Source: Trichodelitschia bisporula
Taxonomy: Eukaryota
Assembly: GCA_010356995.1 (NCBI GenBank)
Contig: ML996694.1
Coordinates: forward strand, 991,224-1,055,223
DNA: 64,000 nucleotides
Reading direction: 5' to 3'
Shown: positions 36,354 to 47,900 of the stretch, one piece after another
How positions within the stretch are numbered: the first letter of the stretch is position 1
Layout: every line of letters begins with the position of its first letter
Made by a program: the position numbers and the translations under genes
The notes under the pieces: model-generated
What the model saw: only the letters and a program-made list of their open reading frames with translations
Databases searched by the model: none
What the model was told of the DNA's origin: nothing

Positions 36354-37062
36354 GCTCGACCCGGATACGAATGAAGTGTATGATCACGACCAGAGGGGTG
36401 CATCGCATTGGGGCCGGCGTTTGGGTGGAGGATTTGACGAACCAGGGAGTTGCCATTCTTGGATCCATGGGATACACGGCTTCCGGTCCCGCGAGCGGTA
36501 TTGAGTTGCGAGTGCGACTTGGACGTGCGGCGCGAAGTGAAAATGCCAGGCTTTAAGAGGCTGCGCTGCCGGGCTGCCTCCGGGTAGAATAAGATTTGCG
36601 AAAAGGGGACAAGACGGGACTGGAGCTGGATATAAGATATAGACGCCTTCGTCTGGTATGTACCCCATCAACGATTGCACCTGTACGCAAATGCCATCTC
36701 GACTCTTTTACGCAAGCCCCGACGTCCGATACCCTGTCGCCCATATATGTATGGGATATGCCCTCCACAATGACGCGAATTTCGTGCTTCTATCGAGGTT
36801 CGCGTTACTGAGATGGGCTAGAGCAAACGCTCCGGGCAGTCTTCAGCATTGATCCGAGGTTATCTGGTTGATGCTTAACAACGATGGAGCTACATGCAAA
36901 AGCTAATATTCCGCTTGAATTCTGGGGACGATGAGCGGCTTGGGTATACTTCCATCACCGTCGCCAGCGCCGCGGTCAACGATATCCAACATCCCATTCC
37001 AACGCCACGCTATGCCCCAAACCCCCCAAAAACCCAACCAACCATACCATCCACCCTCCCCT

Positions 37063-39037
37063 TTACCCATCAAAACACCCACAATCCCCACTCTCCCCCC
37101 CCCGTCTCCACCCCGCCAACAAACTCGGACACCTCATCCCAGCCTCCCCCCCCGCACACTGCAGTACCAGTCCCCAAACCCTCTCAACCGCAAACCCAAA
37201 ATAAGGCGCATCAGCCCTGTCCTCCCTGCCCCTCACATATCGGGGCCCATGCATCTCCCCCCCCATATCCACCAACCCCATCCTAAGCGCCTCATACACC
37301 CCTCTCCCCACCCCGCGTATCCTCTTCGCAGAAGCAATGAACTGGCCCTTATACGTCAGCCCCACGGTCCCGCAGGTCGTTGTGTTTCCGTACACAGCGG
37401 CCCAGGTCGCGGGGATTACGCCCGAGTCGGTCCACCCCCAGCGATCGCCGCAGTGGCCGCAGGGGCATGTCGTGCCGGTGGGACCGAGGGAGAGCATCCC
37501 TGTCTGCGAAGTGAAGTAGCGTGCTAGGCGCGGCCATGCTTCGCGCGGGTTGTGCACGGAGGCTTGCAGGAATAACACATGGCGGGCTAGATCGTCCCAG
37601 TGCGTAAGGATGTGGGTAAGGTATGTCTCGCCCTCGCGGCCGATGTTGGGGAGGCGGGTGACGGTGGCGTTGGTGGAGAGACGCAGGGCGGTGAGGTTGC
37701 TGGTTGGTGACTTGGTGTAGATGTACACGCGGGCCGAGGGGGGGGTGGAGGGGTGCGTACGGAGGGTGTGGATGAGGGAGGAGAGGGTGGGGAGGGCTTC
37801 GGCGTAGGTGCTTATTACGATGTCCATCGCTGCCTGGGGCATGTAGGCTGTATCCAGCCGTGCGGTCGGGCCGGGCGTGGGCGGTGGGCGTAGGAGGTTT
37901 TGGGATAAGAATCCGACCCCCGGGCCTAGGGCCAGGAGGCTGAGGACGAGCATCCCCGGGGATAGGCGGGATTTACGCGGCGAGTCGACGTCGGTGGCGG
38001 CGTCGGCGGAGAGGGGCAGGGGCGCGTACCTCGCCTCCTGCGTTGGGGCGGCGTAGAAGCGCGTTAGGAAGACGGGCCAGCATATTGCGAGATCGGCGAA
38101 GAGGAAGGCGGATAGCTGGGTCCAGGCTGTGAGGAGGGTGGAGCTGTGTTGGAAGCCGAGGATTGCGAGGAGGATGGGGGTGCTGGCGGCAGTGCGGGTG
38201 GGCGTCAGGGCGCTCCCATCGGGGTGGAGGTACGCGGGGGAGTCGGTGGTGTCGATGATTAGGCTGTGTCCTGTGGTGTAGGCGAGGCTGGCGCTTGCGG
38301 CGCTGAGGGCGAGGAGGAGGGTTGTGGTGGGTGTTAGGGCGTTGAGGAGGGAGGGGGTGCTTTCGTAGAGGAGAAGGCCCGATAAGGCTAGAGTGGCCGA
38401 GAGGAGGGAGGCGAGGGTTTCGAGGGGCGGGTTGGAGGTTGGAGTCTCCTTCTCTGCGTAGGAGTTGTGGGGGGATTGGAGGGAGTGCGCGAGGCCGGCG
38501 AGGAGGAGGGCGGGGAGGGCGAAGAGGAGGGCGTTGGGTGTGAGTCTGTACTCGTCGAAGAGGATCACGAAGCATGCTATGGCTAGGACTGCGGCGCGGA
38601 GAGCGAGGTCTGCCCGACGGATGGCTGGGTTCCGTGTACAGTTGACGATGTATTCGCTGAGTGGAGCGAGGGCCTACGTGCTATTAGCTGACAGTTGCCT
38701 GCTAAGCAGTTGTACGTACGGAGAGCATGAGAAGGGTTGCTAAGTTCTGGAAATGTAGTAAGGCTTGGATATACAAGACTCGCGATAGTGCCGAGCCCGT
38801 CACCAGCAGCGCCGTTTCGGCCCAGCCGCGCTGGACGAAACAACTCCTCCACCCGAGAGAAACATCTTCGCGTCGGCGGGTCCTTGCATATGTGAGAAGT
38901 GCGGCACAACACACCTGCACAAGGCAGATATGATATGGATAATGGAAGTTCAAATCAACAAGCAGCGTCCTCGTCGAGCACACCGCAACCAAAGCCGCCG
39001 CAATCCACAGCGCATCCGAAGACGCCTGGCAGCCCAT
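37063..39037 (-). CDS. Multi-TM protein with C-terminal DUF3431-type domain (exons 39037-38720, 38673-37063; ~642 aa)
   Basis: In-frame intron GTACGT..GCTAAT..TAG. The C-terminal LPNIGREGETYLTHILTHWDDLARHVLFLQ, YKGQFIASAKRI and GFAVERVW motifs are typical of DUF3431. Confidence 0.8.
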
Positions 39038-40076
39038 GATACCACGCAGCTCTGCTTAACCCGCGCCAAAAAAAAACCTCGAACAGCTCGCGGGTCCAAC
39101 ATCGGGAGACAGCGCGGGATAGAAGTATATCCCCCGTCCGCCACAACACAGCGTGCTCCACGACACACGCCAGAGACAAAGTGCGGCTCAGGCATGGGGC
39201 TCAAGCGGGGCAGGACCCGGCAGGACTTCATGCAGAAAATAGGCAACAATTAGGAGCCAATCCCCCTTTCCGCTAACCTGGAGCAAAGTGGCATGGTGGG
39301 AGGTTGAGAGTCTGACAGTGAGACTGACGGTCTTGCAAGCAGCGACCTTGCGCGGGTACAAGGGCGCACGTCCTGAAGGAAGCGTACCCTCGAGGCCTTG
39401 AATCCGTTCTTCCGTTCGGTGGTGGAGTGCGACGCGGCGCGGGCGGCCGACGGCGTCAGTCAACCGCGGCGCCCGCTGGGTTGGGCGGGGGTTACATATG
39501 GTCCGTGGTGAAGGAGTCAATTCCCTACGTGTCGTTGGTCCATCCGCCTACAGGACAAGTAAATAGGGTGTCTATCCACGCGGGCCTGGAACGGGCAATA
39601 CGCGGGAGCGATATTGATGAGCGGCGCCATGTCGCAGGTTGAGGAGGTAGCCGCTTTGTTTCATTCCCTCACTGCTTTGAGATGAGATGGCTGGGGGGTT
39701 GAGACACATTAGTACTGTATTCCAAGGCTGGTGATGCGGAGAGAGCCGCGATCGCTCTTCTTTTATACGCCTAAAGACCACTTGTCGTCATGCCATGCCG
39801 CCCAGCCTGCCATGCACCTGCATCCGCCACGCAGCCTCTCCCGTCAACGGCCCCACTCGCCCCGTGGCTCCTTTTAGCCGCATTCGGCAGGAGCGGGGTG
39901 CATTATTTCCCGTTCTAGCCCGCTTCCATTCTTGGCCTTGAAGCCCACCGCATTCTCATCTCATCTCTATCATTATCATTATTTTGTACAAGTAGAGGTG
40001 AATCATCATGACAGCAACCATAGCTACATCATACAAGCACACCCCCCCCACCCCCCCCACCCCCCCCAACCACCAT

Positions 40077-41903
40077 CTAAATAAGCGCCTTCCCCAAAAA
40101 CATCCCCCGCTTAACCTCTGCCACAACATCCTTCCGATCATGCCTCCCCACCAACACCACGCCGCGCCCCCTCCGTCCCATCCGCCCCGTGCGCCCCAGC
40201 CTATGTATAAAATCGATTGTCGTATGCGGCACATCGTAAAGCACAACATGTCTCACCGCCGCCGTGTCAATGCCCCGCGACGCAATATCCGTCGTAACCA
40301 GCACCTTAACGCCCGGCAACAAGCGGCGCGGCGCACCGCTACGCCTAGCTTCCTGCACAGGCGGCGCGGGCACCGGCGCGCCGGCATCTGTGAATTGCGC
40401 GAGGAGATCGGCTTGTTGGCGGGCGGGCAGATCGCGGTTCAGCGCCGTGGCGTCGATGCCTTTGGATAAGAGGAAGTTGGCCAGCTCGACTGTTTTCTCG
40501 CGCTCGTTGACGAAGACTATCATACGCTTCACCTTGCCAGCGTCGGCGGGGGCGTCGTCGCTGTCTTTCCCGAGGCGGTAGAGCATGTCCGCGCAGGCGA
40601 GGTCCTTGTTGCCTTGATACGGTTGCTTTTCCGTGTCTACGACTGTGAGTTGCACGCGCCGGGGGATGGCGTGCAGGTTTGGCGTAGCCAGACGACGAAT
40701 CTCCGGGAAGCGCTTGCGGAGGTAGGTATCCAGGCGGAGGGGTATGGTGGCGGAGCAGAGGATGAGTTGCTTGAGCGAGGGCGTGGCGCGGGTGATGATG
40801 TCTGAGGTCAGGGGCGCGAAGGAGCGGTCGAAGAGCGAGTCCGCCTCGTCGACTACTAGATGCGTGACGCGGCTGAGGACGTTGGGGTCGCTTTCGGCGA
40901 TGCTGGCGAGGAGATGCGGGGTGCTGATGAGGATGTCGATGCCGGCGGGAGCGAAGACGCGGTTGCGGATGACGACGCCGCTGTAGGCGGCGGAGATCAT
41001 GGCGGAGCGGAATTTGACGGTGTGGGAGAGGGACTTGACGAGGGTGCCGACCTGGTCTACCAGCTCAGAGGTTGGCACCAGTATGATGGCGCGAGGGCGG
41101 CCGGCGTTCGAGTGCTGCGTGGTTGAGAGTGGGGGTGCTTCCAGCGCGAGAGGATTAGGCTTCGTCTCGCCGTGCTCAGCCTCCTTCGCCTCCTCCGCTT
41201 CTCCCTCCTTCATCTCCGCCCTCTTGAGCGCATCCACAATCGGCAGCGTATACGCAAGCGTCTTCCCCGACCCCGTCTCCGCCGCAAGCAAAAACTGCTC
41301 CATCTCCTCCCCCCTCTCCTTCCTAGTCCTCCACCTCTTCCCCTCCCCCATAAGCTCGGGAATCGCCAACCTCTGCACCGCCGTCGGACTCACCTCCTCC
41401 AACCCCCCCAGCGCGCGCCCCATACTCTCCACCACCGCCTCCAATAACCCAAACCCCTCAAACCTATCCCTCTCCCCAATCGCCTTCTTAACCCCCTGCC
41501 GCACCTCATACGGAATCTCCTGCAACGCGCGCTGCATCTTCAGCGCCTTAAAACCCTTGTCCTTCTCCTCCTTCCCCTTTCCTTCCTTCCCTCGTGTCGA
41601 ACGCTTCAACTCCGCAGCCGACCTCGGCCCTATCTCCCCGCGTATCCTCGCCTCCGTCTGATTGAGCGCCGCAAACGGACCCTCCGTGTTCCGCGGCCGT
41701 ACTCGTCGTCCCGCACTGTTCATCGCCGGCGGCGGCCGCGCTACTGCCTTCGAAAGCACCATCCTCGCAGGCCGCTTCTTGTGCATCAGCGAGAGCGTAC
41801 GAGTTTGCATCGCCAATCGAGTCTGCATCGCCATCCGCGCCGGGCCAGGAAGCAGTGCGCGCATTTCGCACAGGACGCAGATAGGCGTCGAAGAGCGGAG
41901 CAT
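40077..41903 (-). CDS. MRH4: Mitochondrial DEAD-box RNA helicase Mrh4 (608 aa)
   Basis: Q motif PTAVQ, AETGSGKT, PTSEL, DEAD, SAT, SRGID and HRLGRTGRMGR. The N-terminal ICVLC presequence and FKALKMQ block fit Mrh4. Confidence 0.9.
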   Translation of the reverse strand: MLRSSTPICVLCEMRALLPGPARMAMQTRLAMQTRTLSLMHKKRPARMVLSKAVARPPPAMNSAGRRVRPRNTEGPFAALNQTEARIRGEIGPRSAAELKRSTRGKEGKGKEEKDKGFKALKMQRALQEIPYEVRQGVKKAIGERDRFEGFGLLEAVVESMGRALGGLEEVSPTAVQRLAIPELMGEGKRWRTRKERGEEMEQFLLAAETGSGKTLAYTLPIVDALKRAEMKEGEAEEAKEAEHGETKPNPLALEAPPLSTTQHSNAGRPRAIILVPTSELVDQVGTLVKSLSHTVKFRSAMISAAYSGVVIRNRVFAPAGIDILISTPHLLASIAESDPNVLSRVTHLVVDEADSLFDRSFAPLTSDIITRATPSLKQLILCSATIPLRLDTYLRKRFPEIRRLATPNLHAIPRRVQLTVVDTEKQPYQGNKDLACADMLYRLGKDSDDAPADAGKVKRMIVFVNEREKTVELANFLLSKGIDATALNRDLPARQQADLLAQFTDAGAPVPAPPVQEARRSGAPRRLLPGVKVLVTTDIASRGIDTAAVRHVVLYDVPHTTIDFIHRLGRTGRMGRRGRGVVLVGRHDRKDVVAEVKRGMFLGKALI

Positions 41904-43169
41904 GGTAATCCAGTAAGCTCCTCACAATCCAGTGAGCGAAAAGTAGGGCGAAAACGGGTGTGTGGGTGGATTGTCTGTGACCCGCGCTGGTCGTCGTGCA
42001 GCGCGATGTTCGCAGAAAAAAAGTTGGCCAAGACCGCAACCCGCGGTCCGTGCGCGGGGCTAGCGCGGGAGTGGCGTCGCTAGCCTCTCGCCAGCCTTGC
42101 GCTGACGCCCTTCTGTGAACGACACGAGACGGAGGACGGGGCGGATGATGCGTGATCGATGTTGGGGGGGCTTATCGCGGACCGGAAGTGTGGTGTTGTG
42201 CGCTCAGTGATGGAAGTGGATTGGACTTGGGCACGGAGGACGGGAGGACGTGACAAATAGACGTGTGTCCGTGGGGGAGGTAAGGCGGTGGAGGGGACTG
42301 AGGGGTGGTGATGGAGGTGGTGGATGGAAGGTGTGACCGGGTAGGTGGGTTGGCGAGGGGACGAGGCTAGTGGTGGAGTGGTTGGTGGGGACGCTAGGGA
42401 TGGCTGCTAGGGACATCACCGATGGTATTCGAGCCCGTTGCTGGCATCGGACGATTCGGTTGGTCTACATGGGATTTATGCCTCGTGCACATGATTCCGA
42501 TGGACGGGAAGGGCTGCGTTGATATCAAGCTGGCTATCATCGGCGGCATATCGCGGCGCAGATCACATACTACATGGAACGACAGGTGGAGAGTCAGGCA
42601 GATCGGACGGGTTGAAGAGCATATCAGCAGCGACAGCATGGACCTATCAACTCAGGTATCAGAACCAGTCCCCAGAGTCCCTCCATACGAAGTATGCCAG
42701 TACATTTCCAGCCGAGCTTCCGCTCCCCTTCACGCCAAACTCGCAGAACAACACGATAGCGCATGGAGCCGAATAGCAAACGAAGTAGTGCGGCGCAAAA
42801 AGCGATATGGCAGCGTATCATGAAAAATACGCCTAAACGCAACCAGGTAATGCAAATGAAGGGGAATATAACAGCCCCATAAAACAACAGGCCTGAGCCA
42901 GATCCACTCTTCCCCACCACCCTCCTCCCCCTATCCAAATTGTGTCCGCACTGTAAACGTGATCAAAAAATGGATGCGCACATGATGTTCGCGATGACAA
43001 TGCGGTCTCAGAAGCGAAGAACAACCCCAGATGTGCTCACTCCATACCCCCAGAGTAGCCCATCCGGCCAAGAACGACAGAAGCCATGTCATCTAGCAGT
43101 TACCAGCCGCACACCCAAGAAATACAAAAACACCATCGCCGCCAGACCCTTAACCCATGTTGTGCCTAG

Positions 43170-44960
43170 TCATACTTCCCTCCGTCGTTTTCTCCGTCCA
43201 TCCTCCTCGTCTTCGCTGCTTCCTCTGCTCCGCCCATTCGGTACGTCGGCCGCATCTCCCATGCTGTTCCTCTGGCTCTCGCGCTCCCTCCTCCGCCCGA
43301 GCGCCTTCTCGTTGCCCTTCTTGACCTGGATGTTACAGCCTTGTAGTTTCAGCGCACGCGTGAGCGCAGACGAAGGCCGCATCCCAGGGAAATCCTTAGC
43401 CGTGTAAACCGTAAACACATCGCTGAGCACCTCCGTAAGAATCGGCGAAAAGCCCCCAACAACCAAATGCGCCGGATCCACGCGCATAAGCACAAACCGC
43501 AGCCGGTACTTGCCGTGAGTCCGACACGAGAGATCCGGAAAGCAGAAAAAGCACCCCTCGACGTCATGCTCGTCCTTCGCAACACTCGGAGAAGCAACAA
43601 GTTGGCCCATCAACCGCCGCGTTGTCCGTCTATCCGGCTGCACGAGCGCCGTCTCCTCTGCTGATCCATCGGCGTTCCAAAGCGTGCAGTGCACCAAATT
43701 GAAGCTGTATTTCAGCTCGTCCATATCGACTCCACCGGTTTGCGGATCTTTCACTTCGAGCTGGATGATGGGGGGAGGGTCAATGACGCGCCGATCCCGT
43801 TCGCCGAATCCGCAGGCGCGAGCGGCGATCGGTTGCTGGCGGATAATAAGCTTGTACTGCAGGTCGCTCTGGGACACATTTGGCGGCATGGACGCGCCAT
43901 GTGCTTGCGCGCCGGGGTTGGGATGCGAGGTCGGCGCATGCGGAGGAGGTCCTGGATGTCCGTGGTGAGGAGGAGGTGGGTGTGACATATGGGGAGAAGG
44001 GTGAGAGGTGTATGAGGACGGGTGTGGCGGGGGTGGATGCGAAGGGTGTATGGGAGATGCAGCCGCTGCTACTGGTGACATCGGATACCTCTTTTCCGTT
44101 TTTGGCGCGGAAGTCGGCGGTGGAGGTGGAGCGGCGGAAATGTGGCGAGGAGGGAGTGTGGAAGGGTGCTCAGGATATTGCGACTGCGGTTGCATCGGGT
44201 AGGGCGCCGGTGCTGGAGGCGGATGTTGGCTAGGCGGACTGTTGCCCGAGCTTGACGGCTGTGGGGTGGAACGATAGGGCGGCGGTGCTGGGACTGATCC
44301 GGATGAGTGATAAGATGGCGGATAACTGGAAGCAGGGGATGGAAGGCTAGAGTAAGATTGATGCCGAAGATGGGGATGAGCGTCAACTGGGGAAAGATAG
44401 GATGTTGCTGGTTGTGCTGGCCCCGATTCATGTTGTAGATTATATTTTTCGTCTGAGCGACGGGGCGGAAACCGGTCAATGGCAGAGCGTGGTGGTGAGC
44501 GTGGAGAGTACGTCGGCTCTGACCTCGGCGGTGTGTAAGGATTATTCGGTGAGAGCAGGAGGTTGTCCAACGGCGCCGCACGGTACGGCTTAGGCTGAGA
44601 CCTCGACGCTGATGAACCAGGTGCTGGTGGATTGTGGATGGAAGGAAGGGACTGGTGGTGCTGATGATAGGGCTGTTGCGGATGCTGAGGCTGAGGCTGT
44701 TGATGTTGATTCTGCTGTGGTTGATTCTGGTAATAATGGTTTTGCTGTTGTTGTGAGCTGGGTGGAATCATGAGAGGAGGAAGCTGAATCTGCGGAAGGC
44801 GTCTCTGTGAGAAGTCAAGGAGATGCGGAGGAGGAAAACTCGGTGCTGTCTGAGTTTCAGCCATTGTAGAAGGCGGAGAGGCGCTCGGCTTGTGTGTTTT
44901 CGGATGCGACTGGTGCAGTGAGTGATGCTGAATCGCCGGTGGGACCGGAGCTCGCGACAT
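43170..44960 (-). CDS. velC: Velvet-family regulator, VelC type (alternative start at 44864)
   Basis: C-terminal velvet domain RQQPIAARACGFGERDRRVIDPPPIIQL...TRRLMGQLVASP...FPDLSCRTHGKYRLRF...SDVFTVYTAKDFPGM, preceded by a long P/Q/H-rich N-terminus (VelC architecture). Confidence 0.88.
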   Translation of the reverse strand: MSRAPVPPAIQHHSLHQSHPKTHKPSASPPSTMAETQTAPSFPPPHLLDFSQRRLPQIQLPPLMIPPSSQQQQNHYYQNQPQQNQHQQPQPQHPQQPYHQHHQSLPSIHNPPAPGSSASRSQPKPYRAAPLDNLLLSPNNPYTPPRSEPTYSPRSPPRSAIDRFPPRRSDEKYNLQHESGPAQPATSYLSPVDAHPHLRHQSYSSLPSPASSYPPSYHSSGSVPAPPPYRSTPQPSSSGNSPPSQHPPPAPAPYPMQPQSQYPEHPSTLPPRHISAAPPPPPTSAPKTEKRYPMSPVAAAASPIHPSHPPPPHPSSYTSHPSPHMSHPPPPHHGHPGPPPHAPTSHPNPGAQAHGASMPPNVSQSDLQYKLIIRQQPIAARACGFGERDRRVIDPPPIIQLEVKDPQTGGVDMDELKYSFNLVHCTLWNADGSAEETALVQPDRRTTRRLMGQLVASPSVAKDEHDVEGCFFCFPDLSCRTHGKYRLRFVLMRVDPAHLVVGGFSPILTEVLSDVFTVYTAKDFPGMRPSSALTRALKLQGCNIQVKKGNEKALGRRRERESQRNSMGDAADVPNGRSRGSSEDEEDGRRKRRREV

Positions 44961-47900
44961 GCGGGACGTAACGCTGCTAGAATGCTGCCAACCTCTGTTG
45001 CAGCGGCAGCATGTGATGGTTATGTCCTTGTGATGGTTTCGAAGTGAAAGAGGTGATGGGGTGGTCGTCCACTAGCGATGCGATCCAGAGAATACTGCAA
45101 GCCTAACGTAGAAGTGTACCAGAAAAGCGCGAGTCGAGGAGACGATGTTCGATGATGGGGTCGGTGGCGCTTGAGCGATGGTGGCGTTCAACGTCCAAGA
45201 GATCACGATGCCGCGGCGATGATCAGCAATGACCGCGCTGGAGGAGGAGGAAAGGCGGGAAAGAGTGGCAGCGGGACAGTCGAGACCGTAGAGTAGGACC
45301 AGAAGAAGGGCCCCTAACGTTAATTATGGAGGCCAGAGCGCGCTCTCAGCGCTTATAGCGAAGAATCCGACTCGTGGGCCCCGGTTTGGGACGAAGATAT
45401 AACCGGACGGGGTACCAGGTATGAGATCGTCAGGCGATAAACAATGGCGAGCGCCAACACAATGCTCTCCGCTTCGCTAACCTCGCAGGGCAGGACAAGG
45501 TGTCTGGCCGGGGGCGTGGGGGACGGGGTGTCGACGACGGGTGTCGAGGATGAGGTGGGTGGGATAATCTAAAACGGCGGCGCAGGGCTAGGGTGGAAGT
45601 TCCAGGATTGGGGTACGATGGCGCTTTTTGTTTCTATTGCTCTTTGCCCTGTCCTTGGACACCACATCTGCGACGAGTAGCCGAGGTGTGTGCGCGTGTG
45701 AGGTCGCCCGTCTTGAACTATCGTGGCTGTTGTGAGGCGGCGGGGGCGGGGGGTGGAGTGAAAGGGCGGCGATCGATGAACGTTTTCCCGGGCCACCACA
45801 GTTCGAGCGCGCTTGCTTGTTGATATACGACGGACAAGCGGGATCCAGCGTTACGGTGGTGGACTGAAGGACGAGGGAACTTGTCTGTTGCTACATAGGA
45901 CCAGGGGGGGTATAGTTGAAAGCTAGTGAAAAGGGCAAGCTAGGACACGACCACGGGGGCGGATGGGGCGTTGGACGTGGAAAAACGGTCATGGACGCTC
46001 CGGGGGGCCACTTCTGGCGGGCCGTTGAGGGAAGGGGGGGGGGGGGGGGGGGGGTAGAGGGAAGCGTGGAGGAGGACGGGGCCAGGGTAATGCTAGCCTT
46101 TAATCCATTCACCGTGGCACGCCGGGCTCATGCCGCAATGCGCGGCTGGCGGGATGCAGATTGGCAGAAACTTTGCAGAACACACCACTAGACGGAGAGC
46201 TTGAGAGGAAGCCCCAAGGTCCACAAGGTCGGTCCAAGGTTGGCCCAGACCGGGGGTGGGAAGGATGAGGTGGTGCGGAGCGTTCGCGCTGTGCGACACT
46301 GACGGCTGGTACTGCTGGAAAAATGGTGAAGGCTGTGCTCACCTGTCGGGCGTTAGGTTAGTTAGGGTATTTCTGTCCTCAGTTGATTGGGGCAGCTCGT
46401 CATTAATGAGGGCAGTAGACGTCTCACAAACAGCCGGGAGGAATTTCCATAGCAGCAGGGGCCCAACAGGCTGGACAGCCTTGAGACCTAAAGAATCGAA
46501 AGCGTGAGCGGTACCTTCAAAGTTAGAAGCAGACGAACTTAGAATCGAGAGAAAGGCGAAACAAGGCTGTTTGCTTACTGTCACAAGTTGGATCGATATG
46601 GTACAGTAGGAGAAAAGTTCCAGCGAGAGAAGAGGGACACAACGGCGGCGACGTACGAAAAAGGCTGCGCACTGGGCTTGCTACAGTACTTGGTCGCGAG
46701 GCTGTCTAACGTAAGAGGCATACTCCCCACGCAATCCATTAGCGGGCAACAGACTTACGGCCAGCAGACGATAAACAACGATTCTGCATGACGGAAGGCC
46801 GTGCGACGAAGCCTTGGCTGTCACTCCGAGTGATGGTGTGGCCGTCCGCGTCAGAGTATCGGCTGTTTCTGCACTCTCGTGCAAGCAAAGTACGGCATTC
46901 CAGGTGTGCGTGTGAAGGCCCTGTCGACGGGGAGGGGGGTACATGAGCGATACGTAGAATGGAGAGCGATTTTAGGTGATTGAGCGGAGTAGCATGCATG
47001 TACCAGTCCTGGAATACTCGTACTGGATGGAAATACCGCGTGTGTGACTTTCTGAACTGTACCTCCCACACGTCCAGGACGGTAGGTTGGTTGTGTTTCA
47101 CAACCAAGACCTGCACCATTGCTGCACCTGCACCCGCGCAACCCACCCGTCCGGGAGGCCGCGCGCCTATGGTCAGGGAAATCTGCAGCCTGCGAAAGAG
47201 GCCACTCTTCGCGGGGAGCCGTTGCGGAGTTGGTCGTTGTTCATTGTTGGTCGGCAGCACCCTTGCGTTCGTCCTCAGCTCCTCCTTCAATGGTCCAGTC
47301 ATCTGTTCGGTGCATCGTAAGGAGAGACCACTTACACCATCAACCGCCACGCACTCCTTCCACTCAACACCCTGCAGACCAGATATGCCCTGTCCGTTTT
47401 TAGCGGCCATCCGTCTAGTGTGCACCCGGGAATGACCTACATAGAGCATGTTTGCCCGGCAGCCAAGGGCAGTTGACCGGCTACTTTCCGCACGACGGGC
47501 TGCAGAATGCCATCCTCAGCCATCGGGGCATGGCCCCCCTAAGGTAGTTGAGCGCGGCGTCTTGTCGACGGCCGGCCACTAACCACTTGAATGTGGCTGT
47601 CTTCTGCTACCGGCGCTGCCGATATGAGAGTGCAATCGATGTGGAGAGAAGGTGGCTACCCGAAAACACCGCTTATTGGCAAGCAAGCTTCCTCAAACAT
47701 CGAGGCGGGGGATTTGAATCTGGTGGCGCCGTATCCTTCGATGCACCTTGATCCTGCCAATGTTCGATTGTCAGATATTGCAGACAGTGTAAGCCCGAGC
47801 ATTGCTGGAAGCATTGCTACCAAAAACCCAGTCAAAGTCAGAAGAGTCGTCATGGCAGACACGAATCAATCGAGGCCGATCTAAGGTTCGGACAGGTTGC

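Noticed and set aside
42422..42823. 133-aa plus-strand ORF between MRH4 and velC
   Set aside because: No family motif or codon bias, so it cannot be supported as a gene.
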